DNA of 64,000 nucleotides from Lytechinus pictus (Eukaryota): NCBI RefSeq assembly GCF_037042905.1, contig NC_087252.1, positions 14,386,001 to 14,450,000 of the forward strand, read 5' to 3'. Shown piece by piece: positions 1 to 12,740 of this stretch (position 1 is its first letter; each line of letters starts with the position of its first letter). The notes under the pieces were generated by a model. It saw only the letters and a program-made list of their open reading frames with translations, ran no database searches and was not told where the DNA came from. The position numbers and the translations under genes were made by a program.

Positions 1-471
1 TAGCATGGTTTGTACGAAACTATTTCATTGATTAAATTGATAGAGTATAAACAAAAAACGGTCGTTGCTGCATACAATAATGCAATGATGTCAAACATTT
101 TTTCTGACCTTTTCATCCACACGAAATCTTGTTTTGATCTAAATGTTATCGCAGGGCAATTCAATAAAATGATCAACCTTTCTGTACGTCCGATAGGTAT
201 AATATTGCATGTGTTTGCTGAGTTACGCTTAAGAGTTTTCCATATGTGGTTAGAATATGATAAACATTTAAAATTATTTAGTTACCAGTCATTATATTGA
301 CATTATGTTACATACTTAATTGACCCCTTACAGGCTATCGTTCCATCAGACTCTCGATTATGATGTTTATTCCTTATTTATAGTTATGATTGTATGATAA
401 CTTATACTCTTTTAATGCAGTTTAAAAATACACCACCTAAATCTGAATTCGCAAAAATATTGTTTTATTTA

Positions 472-654
472 CACAGTAAAAACGCTATTTACTATATGAA
501 CCTTACATTATTTGTTTAACCGTTTAAACTATCATGTTTAATTTATTGAAAATTTAACTTTGTTGCTTAAGATTAAAACAGTTGTTTAAACTGTTTAAAC
601 AATTACTGTAAGGATCATATAGTAAACAGCGTTGTATATTTTTTTTTTACTGTG
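472..654. mobile_element. Small palindromic MITE, CACAGTAAAAA termini, TA TSD
   Basis: TA|CACAGTAAAAACGCT...TTTTTACTGTG|TA; the internal arms are also inverted (TACTATATGAACCTTACA vs TGTAAGGATCATATAGTA). Confidence 0.75.
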
Positions 655-1350
655 TACTTAGAATATACAGGGTATAGTCATCTCATTAACTTCACACTTT
701 ATTACGTTGTCTGTTCTTTATTATATTTTTACTTGATGATTTATGATGATAATGATCATAACGATGATATTATACATACACGATGATAATTATGGAGATG
801 ATATGTTCATTCGTAATATTTGATGATAACTATACTGATGTTTATATTCTGATGATACTTAATGATGATTGTAAATATGATGGCATATAATGGTCATTAT
901 TCAATACGATAAATTCTCTTCAAGATACGATGATAGATCATGACCTTACAACGACTGATAATACAAATATTAATGCCCCCCCCCCCACAGGTCACCGTCC
1001 CACCGGACAACACACCGCCCTCTCAGGTCGATGAGAGTTCAACAATAAAATTACGGTAACTACAACTAAATAATTTTAAATATTCTAACCACATATGTAA
1101 AACTCTTAAGCGTAACTCTGTAGTACTATAAACACATGCAACATTATACCTAATATTATACCTAATTTATATATATGCAAATACTATGTTCGTTCCATCT
1201 GATTTCCATCTGCGATAATTCCTCTTGCAGCTCTAAAAGCTAAACTGGAATGAACTTTGCAATATGTCGTGAAAGATTGGTGTCATAGTGAATATCTCTA
1301 TTTTACAATAAAAGGAGAGTGCGATGTGCAAGTAAAAACCTGGATACATC

Positions 1351-1600
1351 TTAAAGAACAAAAGATCCGGTTGGAGGTTGCCGATTTCTAATAATGGGAA
1401 GCGCAGCCTCTTTGAATGCTGGTAGACCTGTTTTGTATACAACTTCGCCAGGCAGGTGGTTCCATATTTGGATTGTCCTTGGGAAGAAGGAGTATTTGTA
1501 GGAATCAATTGACGATTTTGGCACAGCAAATTTCAGTGTATAGTCCTTCCTTGCATGATATGTTGCCTGAGTGACTATAGATGGCATTGGCATGTTGACC
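1351..1600 (-). mobile_element. 3' fragment of a CR1/L2-group LINE ORF2
   Basis: Translation contains SSIDSYKYSFFPRTIQIWNHLP, the typical C-terminal motif of CR1-group ORF2. Confidence 0.75.
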
Positions 1601-1699
1601 ATGCCTGGGTAAAAGCATGTAAACCTAATAACGATATGGTTATAGCAGGTGACATTGGAATTGTGTACAAAATAGAATATTAGATACATATGGCATATC

Positions 1700-4600
1700 A
1701 AATGTTTATTTACCCAAAAAGAATTTTAAAAGCTTTCAAGCAAAAAACAAATTGATATATGGAGAAAGTGTAACCAAGGTAAAAAAAAAATACTTGGCAA
1801 CAATTATTATTAAATGTACACTAAGACTAGATTATTGGTTGACGTGTATGATCTTTTGGGTTCAGTCTTTTCAACAGACATAAGGCCTGCATTAGAATGT
1901 GACCATAATGCTATAATAAAAAAAGATAAAAACATCTCAAGAAAAAAAGAGGTAAAGGTTATTGGAAGATTATTGGTTATTAATAACTCGTTGTTGAAAG
2001 ACGAGATTTATGTAAATTATGTTGAAAGTCTGATACAAGTGGTCAAGTTTGAAACGAAAGGAATGAGTACACAAATACAATGGGGTGTTTGTAAATATAA
2101 GATTAAAGAATACGGTAACCATTATGCAAAGGAAAAGCAGTCTGGAGCAAAGAGGTATCTGAAATTAGAAAGAGAATTAACGCATTACAACGAAATGTTT
2201 AATACTAATATGAATGATGAATTAATAGACAAAATGAATAAATTGAAAGTATAGTTTATAAACAAATGGTATGGAAATAAGTGTAAAAGTGCTTATGTTA
2301 GATCAAGACAAAAATGGATAGAGAATGGAAAAAAGGTTACTCGATATTTATTCAGCTAGAAAGGCAAAGAGGAAATAAAAAAAGAAATACACTTTCTTGA
2401 AAAAATGGGAAAAAAAGGTCTTTGATAATAACGAGATTCTTAAAGAAATCCACAGATTTTATAAAAAACTTGTATTGTACACTGATACACAAAACAGATG
2501 TTGATAATTTCTTTTTAACTCATGTTCAGGTACCATGCTTATCTTGGGAAGAAGCAGAAAGTTGTGAAAGGTGGCTTACTGGAATAGAATGTAGAAAAAT
2601 ATTGTCTTCCATAAATTTAAACCGTTCACCCGGGAGTGACGGTCTAAGTGTGGAATTCTACAGATGTTTTTGGAATGAAATTAAAGATATAGTAAAATAG
2701 CTTAAATGAGGTGTATGAAAAGCGAGAACTTTCTTTTATACAAGGACAGTCAGCTGTTATCCTAAATTGGTGTTTAGGGGATCTCTGGACAATGGGCGAC
2801 CAATATCTTTACTCAATATCGACTACAAAGTTGCAGCTCGGGTTTTAGCGATGCGTTTACAGAATATTTTATAAAAAAATATTTCAACTGATCAATGTGG
2901 ATTTATCAAAGGTAGATCGGCATCCAAAAAGGTTAGGCTTGTTCAATGTATTCCTGACTATTGTAAATTTAAAATTTCCCGTGGCATTATCATTTTTTTA
3001 CATTTACGAAAAGCATTCGACAATGTGAACCACTCTTTTCTGTTTGAAACACTAAAATGGATGAAGTTTAAGGAATCGTTTATTAATTGGATTAAGACGT
3101 TATATAAAAATGCTCACGGTAGAGTTCTACAGCGTGGTTGGTTATCAGAATCATTTCATATTTATAAAGGTGTAAGACAAGGGTGTCAATTGTCAGCATT
3201 GTTGTTTATTTTGGTTGCAGAGATTTTAGAAATTCGTATTAAAGAAAATGATGAAGTCACAAGTATAGATATTTCAGGAAATTGTTATGCTTACCACACA
3301 GAGAGATACAAGAAATAACACAGTTCGCAGGCGATACAACGATATTCATTAGTTCGATTAAATCCCTTCATAATGTTATGAAAGAGATTCATAATTTCGG
3401 TAATATTGCAGGTCCAAAAGTAAATTGGAATAAGGCAAAGATGTTGAAAATAGGGATATTTAACTTAGAAAGGAGCAAGTTTGATTTTACAGATGATCCT
3501 GTTAAGTATTCAGGAATATTTGTGGGGAAAATAAAGAGCATGTACGAAAGCTTAATTGGGAAGGGAAAATTGAAAAGGTCAATAACATATCAAAAACGTG
3601 GAAAATAAGACAGCTTACATGTTATGGTAAAAAATGTATTATAAAATGTTTAATTGTGCCTCAAATCGTTTATGTTGGTACGGTTATTCCAATGCCAGAC
3701 TATATATGCAAGAGTTAACATAAGATAATATATAGTTTTTTATGGAATTCAAAGCGTGAGACAGTTGAAGGTGGTCTTGGTATAATCGATCTATATTCGA
3801 AATCAAAATCACTTATATTGTCTTAGATAAATTCCTTTTTTAATGAATATGATGCAGTCTGGAAAACACTTTTCTCGTTTTGGTTAATTTACATAGGATA
3901 AATCCCCTATTGTTTTCAAATAAATTGTCTATCGAAAACACATGTTAAAGCTTTGTCGAAAAAAAGGTTTACCAATGTTTTATATTGAATTTCTATATAC
4001 ATGGGCTCAATTACGTTATTTAGATTAGCAGAAATTTGAAAATATATATCGTGAAATATAATGGAATTATAGTAATATTACAATAATTGGACAACCTTTA
4101 CATCTTCAGGTATGAAAAGAAGCTGGTATTTTATATGTTAAACCAGTTTTATATAAAGGTAAATGGAAAGATATATCTTTTTTTAGAAATTTGTTGATGT
4201 TGATAATTTAGTATTTAGTTTTAGATTTTATTTTTTAAATTAAAAAAAGCATTTTCTGCTCATCGGTTTGAAATAATAAGTACAATAAAAGAAAAACAAA
4301 ATGACTCTCCAGAACAAGAAGAAATCAATACATCTGTTGGTGAACGTATTAATATAACTTGCACCAAAGCGAAAAAAATATTTGTTGTTTTTACAAAAAA
4401 GGTTGGTTTTTATATTCCGGACATCTAGGGAAAACAGCTAAAATTGCCAAAAATTCGCTTCGAAAGATGTCATTCATTTTAAATTAATAAAGATAACAGA
4501 ATTAAGCAATTCATTTTGATAAATCCATAATTTATTGTTCGATTCGAAATAGACATGAAATGAAATACTCCGAAAATTTGCTTTGCCCAATTGATCGTGG

Positions 4601-5370
4601 GCCTGGCAGCCACTGTGCAGCGCCAGATCGACGAGGCTCTATCCCTTAAATCTTTGAACGCCAAACAGGATAGCAGCAACTCCCATCTTTTAACGTCTTT
4701 TGGTCTGACGCGGCCGGGGTTTGAACCCCCGACCTCCCGGTTGTGAGACGGACGCTCTACCAACTGAGCCAACACACCGGTTATGACTGCTACATAAAAT
4801 ATTACCTCCTAAAGACAATTTGTTTAAGTGGAAAGTTGTAAATACAAATCAATGCGAAGTCTGTAATGAAATCGAGACCATTGGTCATTTTTTGTTTTTT
4901 TGCAAGAAGATTAAAGGCTATTAGAAGATTATATCGAGGATGATTCATTTTATTTTCATAGAATAAATGGTAATAACTATGAAAACATTGTTAATTGGAT
5001 TTAAAATAGACAACCCAAAATTTGATCTTATTAATTTGACGATCAATATTGCAAAGTTTGTAGTTTGTAATCATTATGTAAAATGCAACCTTCAAAATCT
5101 AAATCATAGCAATAAGAGATTGATCACGGAATTCGTTTCATATTTGAAGTTTTATTTAAATCAATACGGATCTAAACAATTTAGTGTATAAGAGGTCAAG
5201 AAAATTATTGATATATTGTAATTCCTGTTGTAAATATTATTTTGACTTATTATATATGTAATCATATTATCATTTGACTCTTGAAAAAGTTATTCCGATG
5301 TAAATATGTATATCTGTTAATATTTTGAAACAATAAATCATCAAGGAATAGGCAAAGAGAAAAAAATATA
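1700..5370 (+). mobile_element. Degenerate L1/Tx1-clade LINE ORF2 (endonuclease end, RT, C-terminal Cys/His motif) plus 3' UTR
   Basis: Ordered motifs across frameshifts and stops: DIWR, RLDYWL, CDHNAI, NNSLLKD, RSRQKWIENG, SPGSDGLSVEFY, WRPISLLNIDYK, QCGFIKGR, KAFDNVNH, GVRQGCQLSALLF, QFAGDTT (decayed YADD), CEVCNEIETIGHFLFFC at ~4850-4900; AATAAA at ~5332. Confidence 0.9.
4520..4781 (-). mobile_element. tRNA-derived SINE with a MetaSINE-like central domain, nested in the L1
   Basis: Minus strand has A box TGGCTCAGTTGG and B box GGTTCAAACCC, then GTCAGACCAAAAGACGTTAAAAGATGGGAGTTGCTGCTATCCTGTTTGGCGTTCA, which resembles the Meta domain as I recall it; AT-rich tail. Confidence 0.8.
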
Positions 5371-6549
5371 TATATCTAATTCTCACACTTACAATCATAT
5401 ATACTTTATTTCATCCAAAATCAATTACAAAAAGTTAAAGGTAAATAATTTCATCTGAACAAAATGCCTCAAAACCATACTAAGATAACTATACTTCCCC
5501 GACGCTATAGATCAAGGTTACAAAAAGAAAAAAGAAGCTGCGAATCAAATTTGCTACAAGAGAAAGGGAAATAGCAAACAAACAATACAAAATGTAACAC
5601 ACGCGCGCGCTCGCGCACCCTCCCACACACCCAAGTAATGTGGGATTGGATCATTGGGTGTATATACAGTGCATATGAAATTTTTTTTATATATACATAG
5701 GGCTATTATTAGAAGAAATTTTTTTTTTTACTTGAACCTGAACCTCTTGCTTATTATACTCTTGTAATCAACTTATCATACTCTTATAATCAACTTATGT
5801 ATAAGAATGAATGTTTTCTGTGCACGCCAACATAATGTATTTGTTTCTCCTTGATTTATGTATTTATTTTTCTAATGTGTTGTAATCTTGTGTTTGCATG
5901 TAAATTCCCATCAAGTTAGACATTAAAACAGTAATAGAATGTTATGTCCCGAGGAACAAAATAAATTGATATGTAGGTCTTAGACAAGACAGATCCATCT
6001 TATTCTAAGTTTCAATGAATATCTTCGGGAAGCCCCCCTCCCCCTCCGTTTCTTTCAAAAGGTTGCTTTGAGAAGTGATCGTGGCGCGTAACGCATACTT
6101 TTGAGACAGATTGAGGCTTTTCTTAAAAAGGAGCGTTTCCTAGCCTTGTAAATCAGTCGTGTAAAATCAGGTTTGTAATACAGAAAGTAATTTAAAAAAA
6201 ATCGTTTAAAGTCATTTATTACTTTTTTTTCAACGATTGGTGCATTTTTCTGTAAACTATTCACACTAAAAACAGTTTGGTTTAGTTCCTAGATGTTTTC
6301 AATACAATCATTTCCATAGTAAATGATAACATTTTCACTGAATTTGCAACAGAAAAAAAATAACATTTCCCCAAAATTACTAATAAAAAATAATACAAAT
6401 TGAATACTTATCTAAAAAAAGAACAAGAATACCAAATTTAGTTGACATTTTGTAACTTTGATACATGTCGTCCCGGGAATTTTTAGTCTTGTCAGTCTCA
6501 GGAAATAATTTGCATGATGGAAGAAAATGACATAAACTATTGGCTTTCA

Positions 6550-6880
6550 AATTCTACTATACCTTCGTGGTTTATGAAATGTTAATCAAGTATACAAATT
6601 TATGCAAGAAATACAAACTTTACTTTAAATCTATGAATAAAGCAATTGTACTTATTTTATCACTATATTTGATTATAATATACTTATTATTTATTAGACT
6701 GTGAGGAATTCTGATCGAATGCTGACAAAAAATTGTATAGAAATGTTTTCTCATATTTTTTTTTTCATATTTCTTCTGCAAATAGTTTGGCTCTTTTTTT
6801 CGCTTTTGGTTTTTTGATGGAAATAATAGCAATACGTTTTCAATCATAAACAACTTAAAATAGATCTATTTTAAACAGTA
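6550..6880 (-). mobile_element. Possible highly decayed LINE RT fragment
   Basis: Minus-strand translation ...QHSIRIPHS...STIALFIDLK weakly resembles QxGFRxxHS...IFIDLxKAFD. Confidence 0.3.
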
Positions 6881-7065
6881 AAATGTCAGAAATACGTCTG
6901 TCATAATTTGACTTTCCAATCTTTTCCCAGTAATTCGCTATGTGTTCATGTGGTGACCAGTGTCATGAATGTTGAGGATTGGCGAATCCGTGGAGCTAAC
7001 AATAATATCTCTCAAGATACTTTGAACACATGTTTGCAAGATTTACGCGACAAACAAAAAACGTA

Positions 7066-8016
7066 TCAAAACATTGTGATGGCATTTATCACACATGTAT
7101 TAACATCATCATCCGTATATCTGTGCATGAATTTGTCCTTCTGCTCTTGGCGCCATTTTCTTACATGTCGCACATCGTCCTGGGTGGTTGGAATCGCAAG
7201 AGGGGCAGAGGAGAATTTTTCACATTTATCACATATTGTAGTGGCTTGAAATTTCATCATTGTGAAATAAAGCTTGTTCTTTGATTTTCGAACATGACTG
7301 TATTTGCATTCATATTCCTCGAGTTCCTGTTCCATTCCTTGAAAAAAGCCAGCCGTGTCTTCAAGACTACGAATGAACCTTTGTAGGTTGGGAATGAGAG
7401 ATTTGTAGCTTTCTTCTATTTTTCTTTCCTCGCTCCTTCTTAATACTGCCCAATTGAGTGCTTTTTCGCGATCCCTTCGCGATCTTACTTTTAATATTGT
7501 GCTGGCGATGAGATTGACACCTGGAACAAATGCGAGCCCAATTGCCCACTTTTTTTTTCTATCTGCCGTTGTTTCATATTCTGTTTCTCGATCTCTGTAT
7601 TCACGTTGCAGGTTGCGAAATTTTTCGATGATGATTTTGGCTTGATCTTCATTTCTCTTCAGAGAAACCAACAACTCTTCGTGCATTGCAAGGAGGGTTT
7701 GGCTCAGTGCCTTACAACGCTTTACTTCCTGGATGATATATTCCAATCTTTTATACCAATCTTTGTAATCTAAATCCTTATACAAATGAAAGATATCGCT
7801 GGTTTTGGAAACAAATTTGGTGGCTACTGGCAGCACACCTTTCACATAGACCACTGCGTCGAGGCGAGTGCTGTCTTGGAGTTCTCGGAAGTCTTCGATG
7901 TCTCTACCGTAACCTCTAATTGGCTCATGACTACCCAAATAATACATTGCCATCGATAAATCGCCAATGTCTTTAGTCATAATTCCCAGTTTGCTTTCGA
8001 AATCACTTGCATTCAT
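7066..8016 (-). CDS. Uncharacterised 316 aa alpha-helical/coiled-coil protein with a central hydrophobic hairpin; single coding exon
   Basis: Uninterrupted 951 bp ORF in AT-rich DNA. ATG in ACAACCATG context at 8016. Upstream polypyrimidine acceptor TTTGTTCTTCTTTACAG ends at 8061, so the ORF track's TTG start at 8076 is probably intronic. Amphipathic helices flank KKKWAIGLAFVPGVNLIASTIL. Confidence 0.8.
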   Translation of the reverse strand: MNASDFESKLGIMTKDIGDLSMAMYYLGSHEPIRGYGRDIEDFRELQDSTRLDAVVYVKGVLPVATKFVSKTSDIFHLYKDLDYKDWYKRLEYIIQEVKRCKALSQTLLAMHEELLVSLKRNEDQAKIIIEKFRNLQREYRDRETEYETTADRKKKWAIGLAFVPGVNLIASTILKVRSRRDREKALNWAVLRRSEERKIEESYKSLIPNLQRFIRSLEDTAGFFQGMEQELEEYECKYSHVRKSKNKLYFTMMKFQATTICDKCEKFSSAPLAIPTTQDDVRHVRKWRQEQKDKFMHRYTDDDVNTCVINAITMF

Positions 8017-8092
8017 GGTTGTGTTTTGTTGGTCCCTGCAGACGAATATTGTGTTATAGTCTGTAAAGAAGAACAAAGTATATTGCCTATTA

Positions 8093-8952
8093 CACTGTAA
8101 AAAAAATAGTTGAAATTATTCAATACAATTGTGGCAAAAAATTGCCTTAATTTTTTTCAAGTATTTATGAGTTTTGCAGTTTCAAGTAAAAATTACTTTT
8201 CTTTGCATCCATTTTACTCAAGAAAATTAAGTTACAATAACTTAATTAAATTTAGTAAAACAATCACTAAAATATTTGAAAAAAAATGAAATGGGGGAGT
8301 AAACTTTCGTGACTCGAAAGTTCTTTTAGTGGCATCATTTTCATCTTAGACATCTTTTGTCCAAATATTAGACTTTGTGCATTTTCACTTACCTGTACAT
8401 GTATAGGTACTGACATTGATATTTATACGCGATCGTTTCATTCTTACAAATAAAACAGTGAGAATAATATAGGCATTTTCCGAAAACCTAAAAAGAAATA
8501 TGAAATTTTCTGCTTAATGACTATTTAATGTTGCTCTTTCTTTGATTCAACAAAATAATAAAATAGTGAGTACACCCTTATCCAAAAAAAAATCAAACAC
8601 AAATAGATATGACAGTTATATAAAAAAAAACATTTACTTGCTCTAATGAATATCCATGCATTATTTGAATAAGGCGTTAATTGAAAAATATAGGCACATT
8701 CAACAATATTTTGTTGTAATAATAAAAGTAATAATCATCTTTGTCTAATTAAGTTTGATTTACTCAGTCAAAGCAAGCTAGCAATACGTGATTTTTTAAA
8801 ATGTATATTGAACCCACATAAATCAAGTAAATCAAGTAAATTAAAAGACAAGTTAGAACTACTTAAAAAAAGGAAAAATAATTACAAATTGTAAATTCTA
8901 CTTATATACATTAAGTATTAACTAGTGATTCAGAATATATTTTTTTACAGTG
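8093..8952. mobile_element. MITE with CACTGTAAAAAA TIRs
   Basis: TA|CACTGTAAAAAAAATA ... TATATTTTTTTACAGTG. Confidence 0.65.
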
Positions 8953-9180
8953 TCCGTTATAGTCCATAGATGATGCATAACCTTGTTTTTTCATATATAC
9001 AATATTTTTTATGATTACGAATCTGAATGATGCCACTCGTGTAACCTTGGAAATTTTCCGCAAATTTGCTAAAACCAATATGGCCGCAAAAATATGCCAA
9101 TTTTTTCATGAAAATAATAAAATTGCCGCATTGGCTATAAAATGTATGAAATTGTGCGGCGGAGTGAAAATTAGGTGTCG

Positions 9181-9260
9181 GGTAGAAATGGCAGAGGTAA
9201 TAATGGCAAAGGTTAAAATGGCAGAGGTAAAAATGGCACAGGTAATAATGGCAGAGGTAA
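9181..9260. repeat. 15 bp minisatellite (GGTAAAAATGGCAGA), ~5 copies
   Basis: Direct reading; accounts for the repetitive (V/I)xMAEV ORF 9011-9277. Confidence 0.85.
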
Positions 9261-9733
9261 AGATAATGACACGCTAGATCAGCAAGGAAAAGATAGAGCC
9301 TTTCCAGTTAACATCAATCATAATAATTGACCTTGAATGGACTCCTATCGACAAAATGAGTATTATGAACTGTTTAGAAATTATTTGGATTTTTTTTTCA
9401 TTTTAGGTCTATACTTTATTGTTAATATGATCAAACTAAAAAAATTTCGTGCCAAAATAATTTCAATTAGATAGTGATGAAAGGATTTATCTTGGCCAGT
9501 TCGTATAGTGGAACAGCACTTCATCACATGCATACCAAACGAATTGTAATGTCAACACTAATGTGCGCTACCATTAACACACTGAAATAGACGAGTTCGA
9601 GATTTCTTTGAACCACTTGGACTTACTTGGATAACAGAAAAACAACAAAACGTTCTGTAATAAAAGTAATTTTTCATATTTCAACATCATAAAGGATCCG
9701 AGTAGATATTGATATGATACGTATATGGGATCA

Positions 9734-10225
9734 GGACAACTACCCCCCCGGACAATTACCTCCCGGACAACTACCCCCGGACAATTACCCCCCGAGGACA
9801 ATTACCCCCGGACAACTACCCCCCCCCCTGGACAATTACCCCCTGAGGACAATTACCCCCGGACAATTATCCCCCGGACAATTACCCCCCGGACAATTAT
9901 CCCCCGGACAATTACCCCTGGACAATTACCCCCCGGAAAATTACCGCCTGGACAATTACCCCCCGGACAATTACCCCCCGGACAACTACCCCCGGACAAT
10001 TACCTCCCGAGGACAATAACCTCCGGACAACTACCCCCCCTGGACAATTACCCCCTGAGGACAATTATCCCCCGGACAATTACCCCCCGGACAATTACCC
10101 CCCGGACAACTACCCCGGACAACTACCCCCGGACAATTACCCCCCGGACAATTACCCCCCGGAGAATTACCCCCGACAACTACCCCCGGACAATTACCCC
10201 CCAGGACAATAACCCCTTAGACAAA
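9734..10225. repeat. GGACAATTACCCCCC minisatellite (~14-17 bp units)
   Basis: Roughly 30 tandem degenerate copies; explains the spurious PPGQL/PRTIT ORFs. Confidence 0.95.
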
Positions 10226-10344
10226 AGGAGTGCACAGAGTCATACGTCGGCAGTACGTTTGACGTAAGAAGTACTCAAGGCATTCTCGAGTATCTTGGAA
10301 TCAAACGAACGCCGTAAGAAAGCTGTAAAAGTGAGCTCCATCCA

Positions 10345-10690
10345 TAGGCGGATCCAGGGGGGTGGGGCCGAGGCGAGGGGCCCGCCCCCCCCCCCCCCTA
10401 TTGGCGGAGCAATAAAAAGAAAGGAGGATAAAGAAGAGGTAAAATAAGAGGAGGGAGAAGAATGAAAAAAAAAGGTAAGGGAAAGACTTGGAAAATGTAT
10501 TTCATGTCACTATATTAAAATTTTCGCTCGCGCTTCGCACTTGCATAGCCTGTTGGATGAGATACATCTCTTGCTAGATAGGCTGATATGTAGTTTAAAA
10601 TATCAAGTTTTGAAGTCGATATACAAAGCATATTTCAGCTCGGGCATTTTTCATTATTTTGTTTGATTTACAAACTGATTTTTTAAGTTC
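10345..10690. mobile_element. Fragment of non-autonomous DNA element (CATAGGCGGATCCAGGGGG terminus, CGCTCGCGCTTCGC motif)
   Basis: Same terminal style and internal motif as the elements at 42036 and 61606. Confidence 0.45.
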
Positions 10691-12381
10691 TCTGTTTAAC
10701 CCTTTGCGTGCGGGCCCGCGAATCCCGATACCTCTCCCTGCGGCGGAGCCGTTTTGGTACATTGCTGGTATTTTTATCTTTGGCGGTGTTTTCCGAATCA
10801 ATTGCTAATTGCGCCAAACTGATGTATTTTCAGGATTTCTAGTAAATGTAAAGATGAAAGATCAGACATTTTTCTTTCTAGAAATAAAGGTTTCGCTTCT
10901 CAAAGCAACAATAATATTTTAAAAATTACGAGGAAAAAGTCGTGTTATTTTGTAAAATCTTCGCTTTTCCCCAAGTCAATAGGCACTGTGTACAAAAATG
11001 CGTAAGGGCAATCAGCACGCGCGGACAGGTCGGGTTCGATCGATACCGCTTTGTTGTCTGCTCTAGTGCTTTTTTCATTGCATATTATATTGGCACGCTA
11101 CTCATGAATGGTCTCTTTACCTCCTTGTAGAGAGATAATTTGCAAAGTGTATAATTACGACGATAATCCGTTTTTGGTGAAATCACAGCATACCAAATAC
11201 CTTTACTTTCCATAATGAATAAAAAAGGGTGAATATTCCCTTGCAATTGCGATGATGATGATTTAACACTGCGCAACGAAAGTCCGAAACTATTTTGTCA
11301 TTTGGGGGGGGGGGGGGGCTTCAAGACGGTGGCCTCAGCGTTTCACTAAAAATCTTCTTTTCATAAATTATAGTTTGTAATTAGAATAATTTTGTTCCTG
11401 AAGATTGCATGCCAGTATTCGATATGTTTTCCTGTTGCATTTTCAAAGAGTGAAGGGTGTAAATGTAACTCAAATAGTGAATCTGAAATCATACCTCCCA
11501 ACGCTATCCTCGTCTCGTTCTACGTTTCATTGTTCTATATCTCCCTTTTCCCTCCAAAATAACCATGCCACCGACTACTGTTCGTCACAATGAGAGAAAG
11601 TAAATTATTTTTATCTAATGAAATCGTAACATCTAAATTAAAAGTGTTTTATTATGTTCTTTCATTTTATTAATTTTTTAACCGTTCTGGGTTTTTTCAC
11701 AACCGAAAACAAAAGTAATAAATAAATCATGAAAGAATTGTATCCCGTTTTGTCTCTATCTCTTTAATCGTTAATTAAATAGTACAGAGGTGTTGGAGTC
11801 GGAAGGAGGCGTCAGTCCACCCCCCCCCCCCCCTGTTACACCCACAAATGTAATAATCGCCCACAAATGTAATAACGCCCACAAATGTAATAACACTTTA
11901 CCCACAAATGTAATAATTTCAACCACAAATGTAATAATGCACTTTACCCACAAATGTAATAATTTTTGATCGCCCACAAATGTAATAATGACTTTACCCA
12001 CAAATGTAATAAATTTGAAGGGATTTTTGGCGAATCTGTTCTAAACTAAAATCCTATATTAATACGTTCGTTTAGCACAAAAGTGCAAAGTCTTTTTTTC
12101 CAGACCCGGTTAATTCAAAATTATAAATATAAGTCCAAACTAAGATACGATAATGATATTCCAGTGGAATAAAAATGAGAATCGAGCTTAGTCTTTTCTC
12201 CAGACCCAGTTAATTAAAACTGGTGGAATTAATGTCTTTGTTGTTGTTTTAACTTCTACGGCGCGTATTGTGAATATAATATGCGCTAAGAGTAAATTGA
12301 GAATCAAGCATAGTCTTTTCTCCAGACCCGGTAACTAAAAACTAAAACCCTATAGTAATGCGTTCTATAGCACAAAAGTGC

Positions 12382-12740
12382 AAAGTCTTTTTTCCAGACC
12401 CAGTTAATTCAAAAATTATAATATAAGTCCAAAGTCTTTTTTCCAGACCCGGTTGTTTAAAAAATTATAATATAAGTCCAAAGTCTTTTTTGCAGACCTG
12501 GTTGTTTAAAAAATTATAATTAATTATGATATAAGTCCAAAGTCTTTTTTCCAGACCCGGTTGTTTAAAAAAAATTATAATATAAGTCCAAAGTCTTTTT
12601 CCAGACCCGGTTGTTTCAAAAATTATAATATAAGTCCAAAGTCTTTTTTCCAGACCCGGTTGTTTTTTAAATTATAATATAAGTCCAAAGTCTTTTTTCC
12701 AGACCCGTTATTTCAAAAATTATAATATTAATCCAAACTA
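12382..12740. repeat. ~50 bp tandem repeat (~7 copies) within the left TIR arm
   Basis: AAAGTCTTTTTTCCAGACCCGGTTGTTTAAAAAATTATAATATAAGTCC repeated; inverted counterparts at ~20200-20340. Confidence 0.85.

Noticed and set aside
4700..4781. Functional tRNA-Val-like gene
   Set aside because: Acceptor and anticodon stems pair poorly and the sequence runs into a SINE body with no terminator.
6908..7645. Plus-strand and alternate-frame ORFs overlapping the 316 aa gene
   Set aside because: Shadow ORFs of the real coding sequence.
8017..8076. N-terminal extension MFFFTDY... of the 336 aa ORF
   Set aside because: It begins at a TTG within a splice-acceptor pyrimidine tract; the ATG at 8016 has better context.
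9574..10267. Pro-rich ORFs (PPGQL/PRTIT/DNYPP)
   Set aside because: Translations of a 14-17 bp minisatellite; open in several frames.
10696..11280. piggyBac-like MITE starting TTAACCCTTTGCGTGC
   Set aside because: No matching right terminus found.
11771..12001. ORFs with IITFVG repeats (also 20857-21120)
   Set aside because: Translations of TIR subrepeats.
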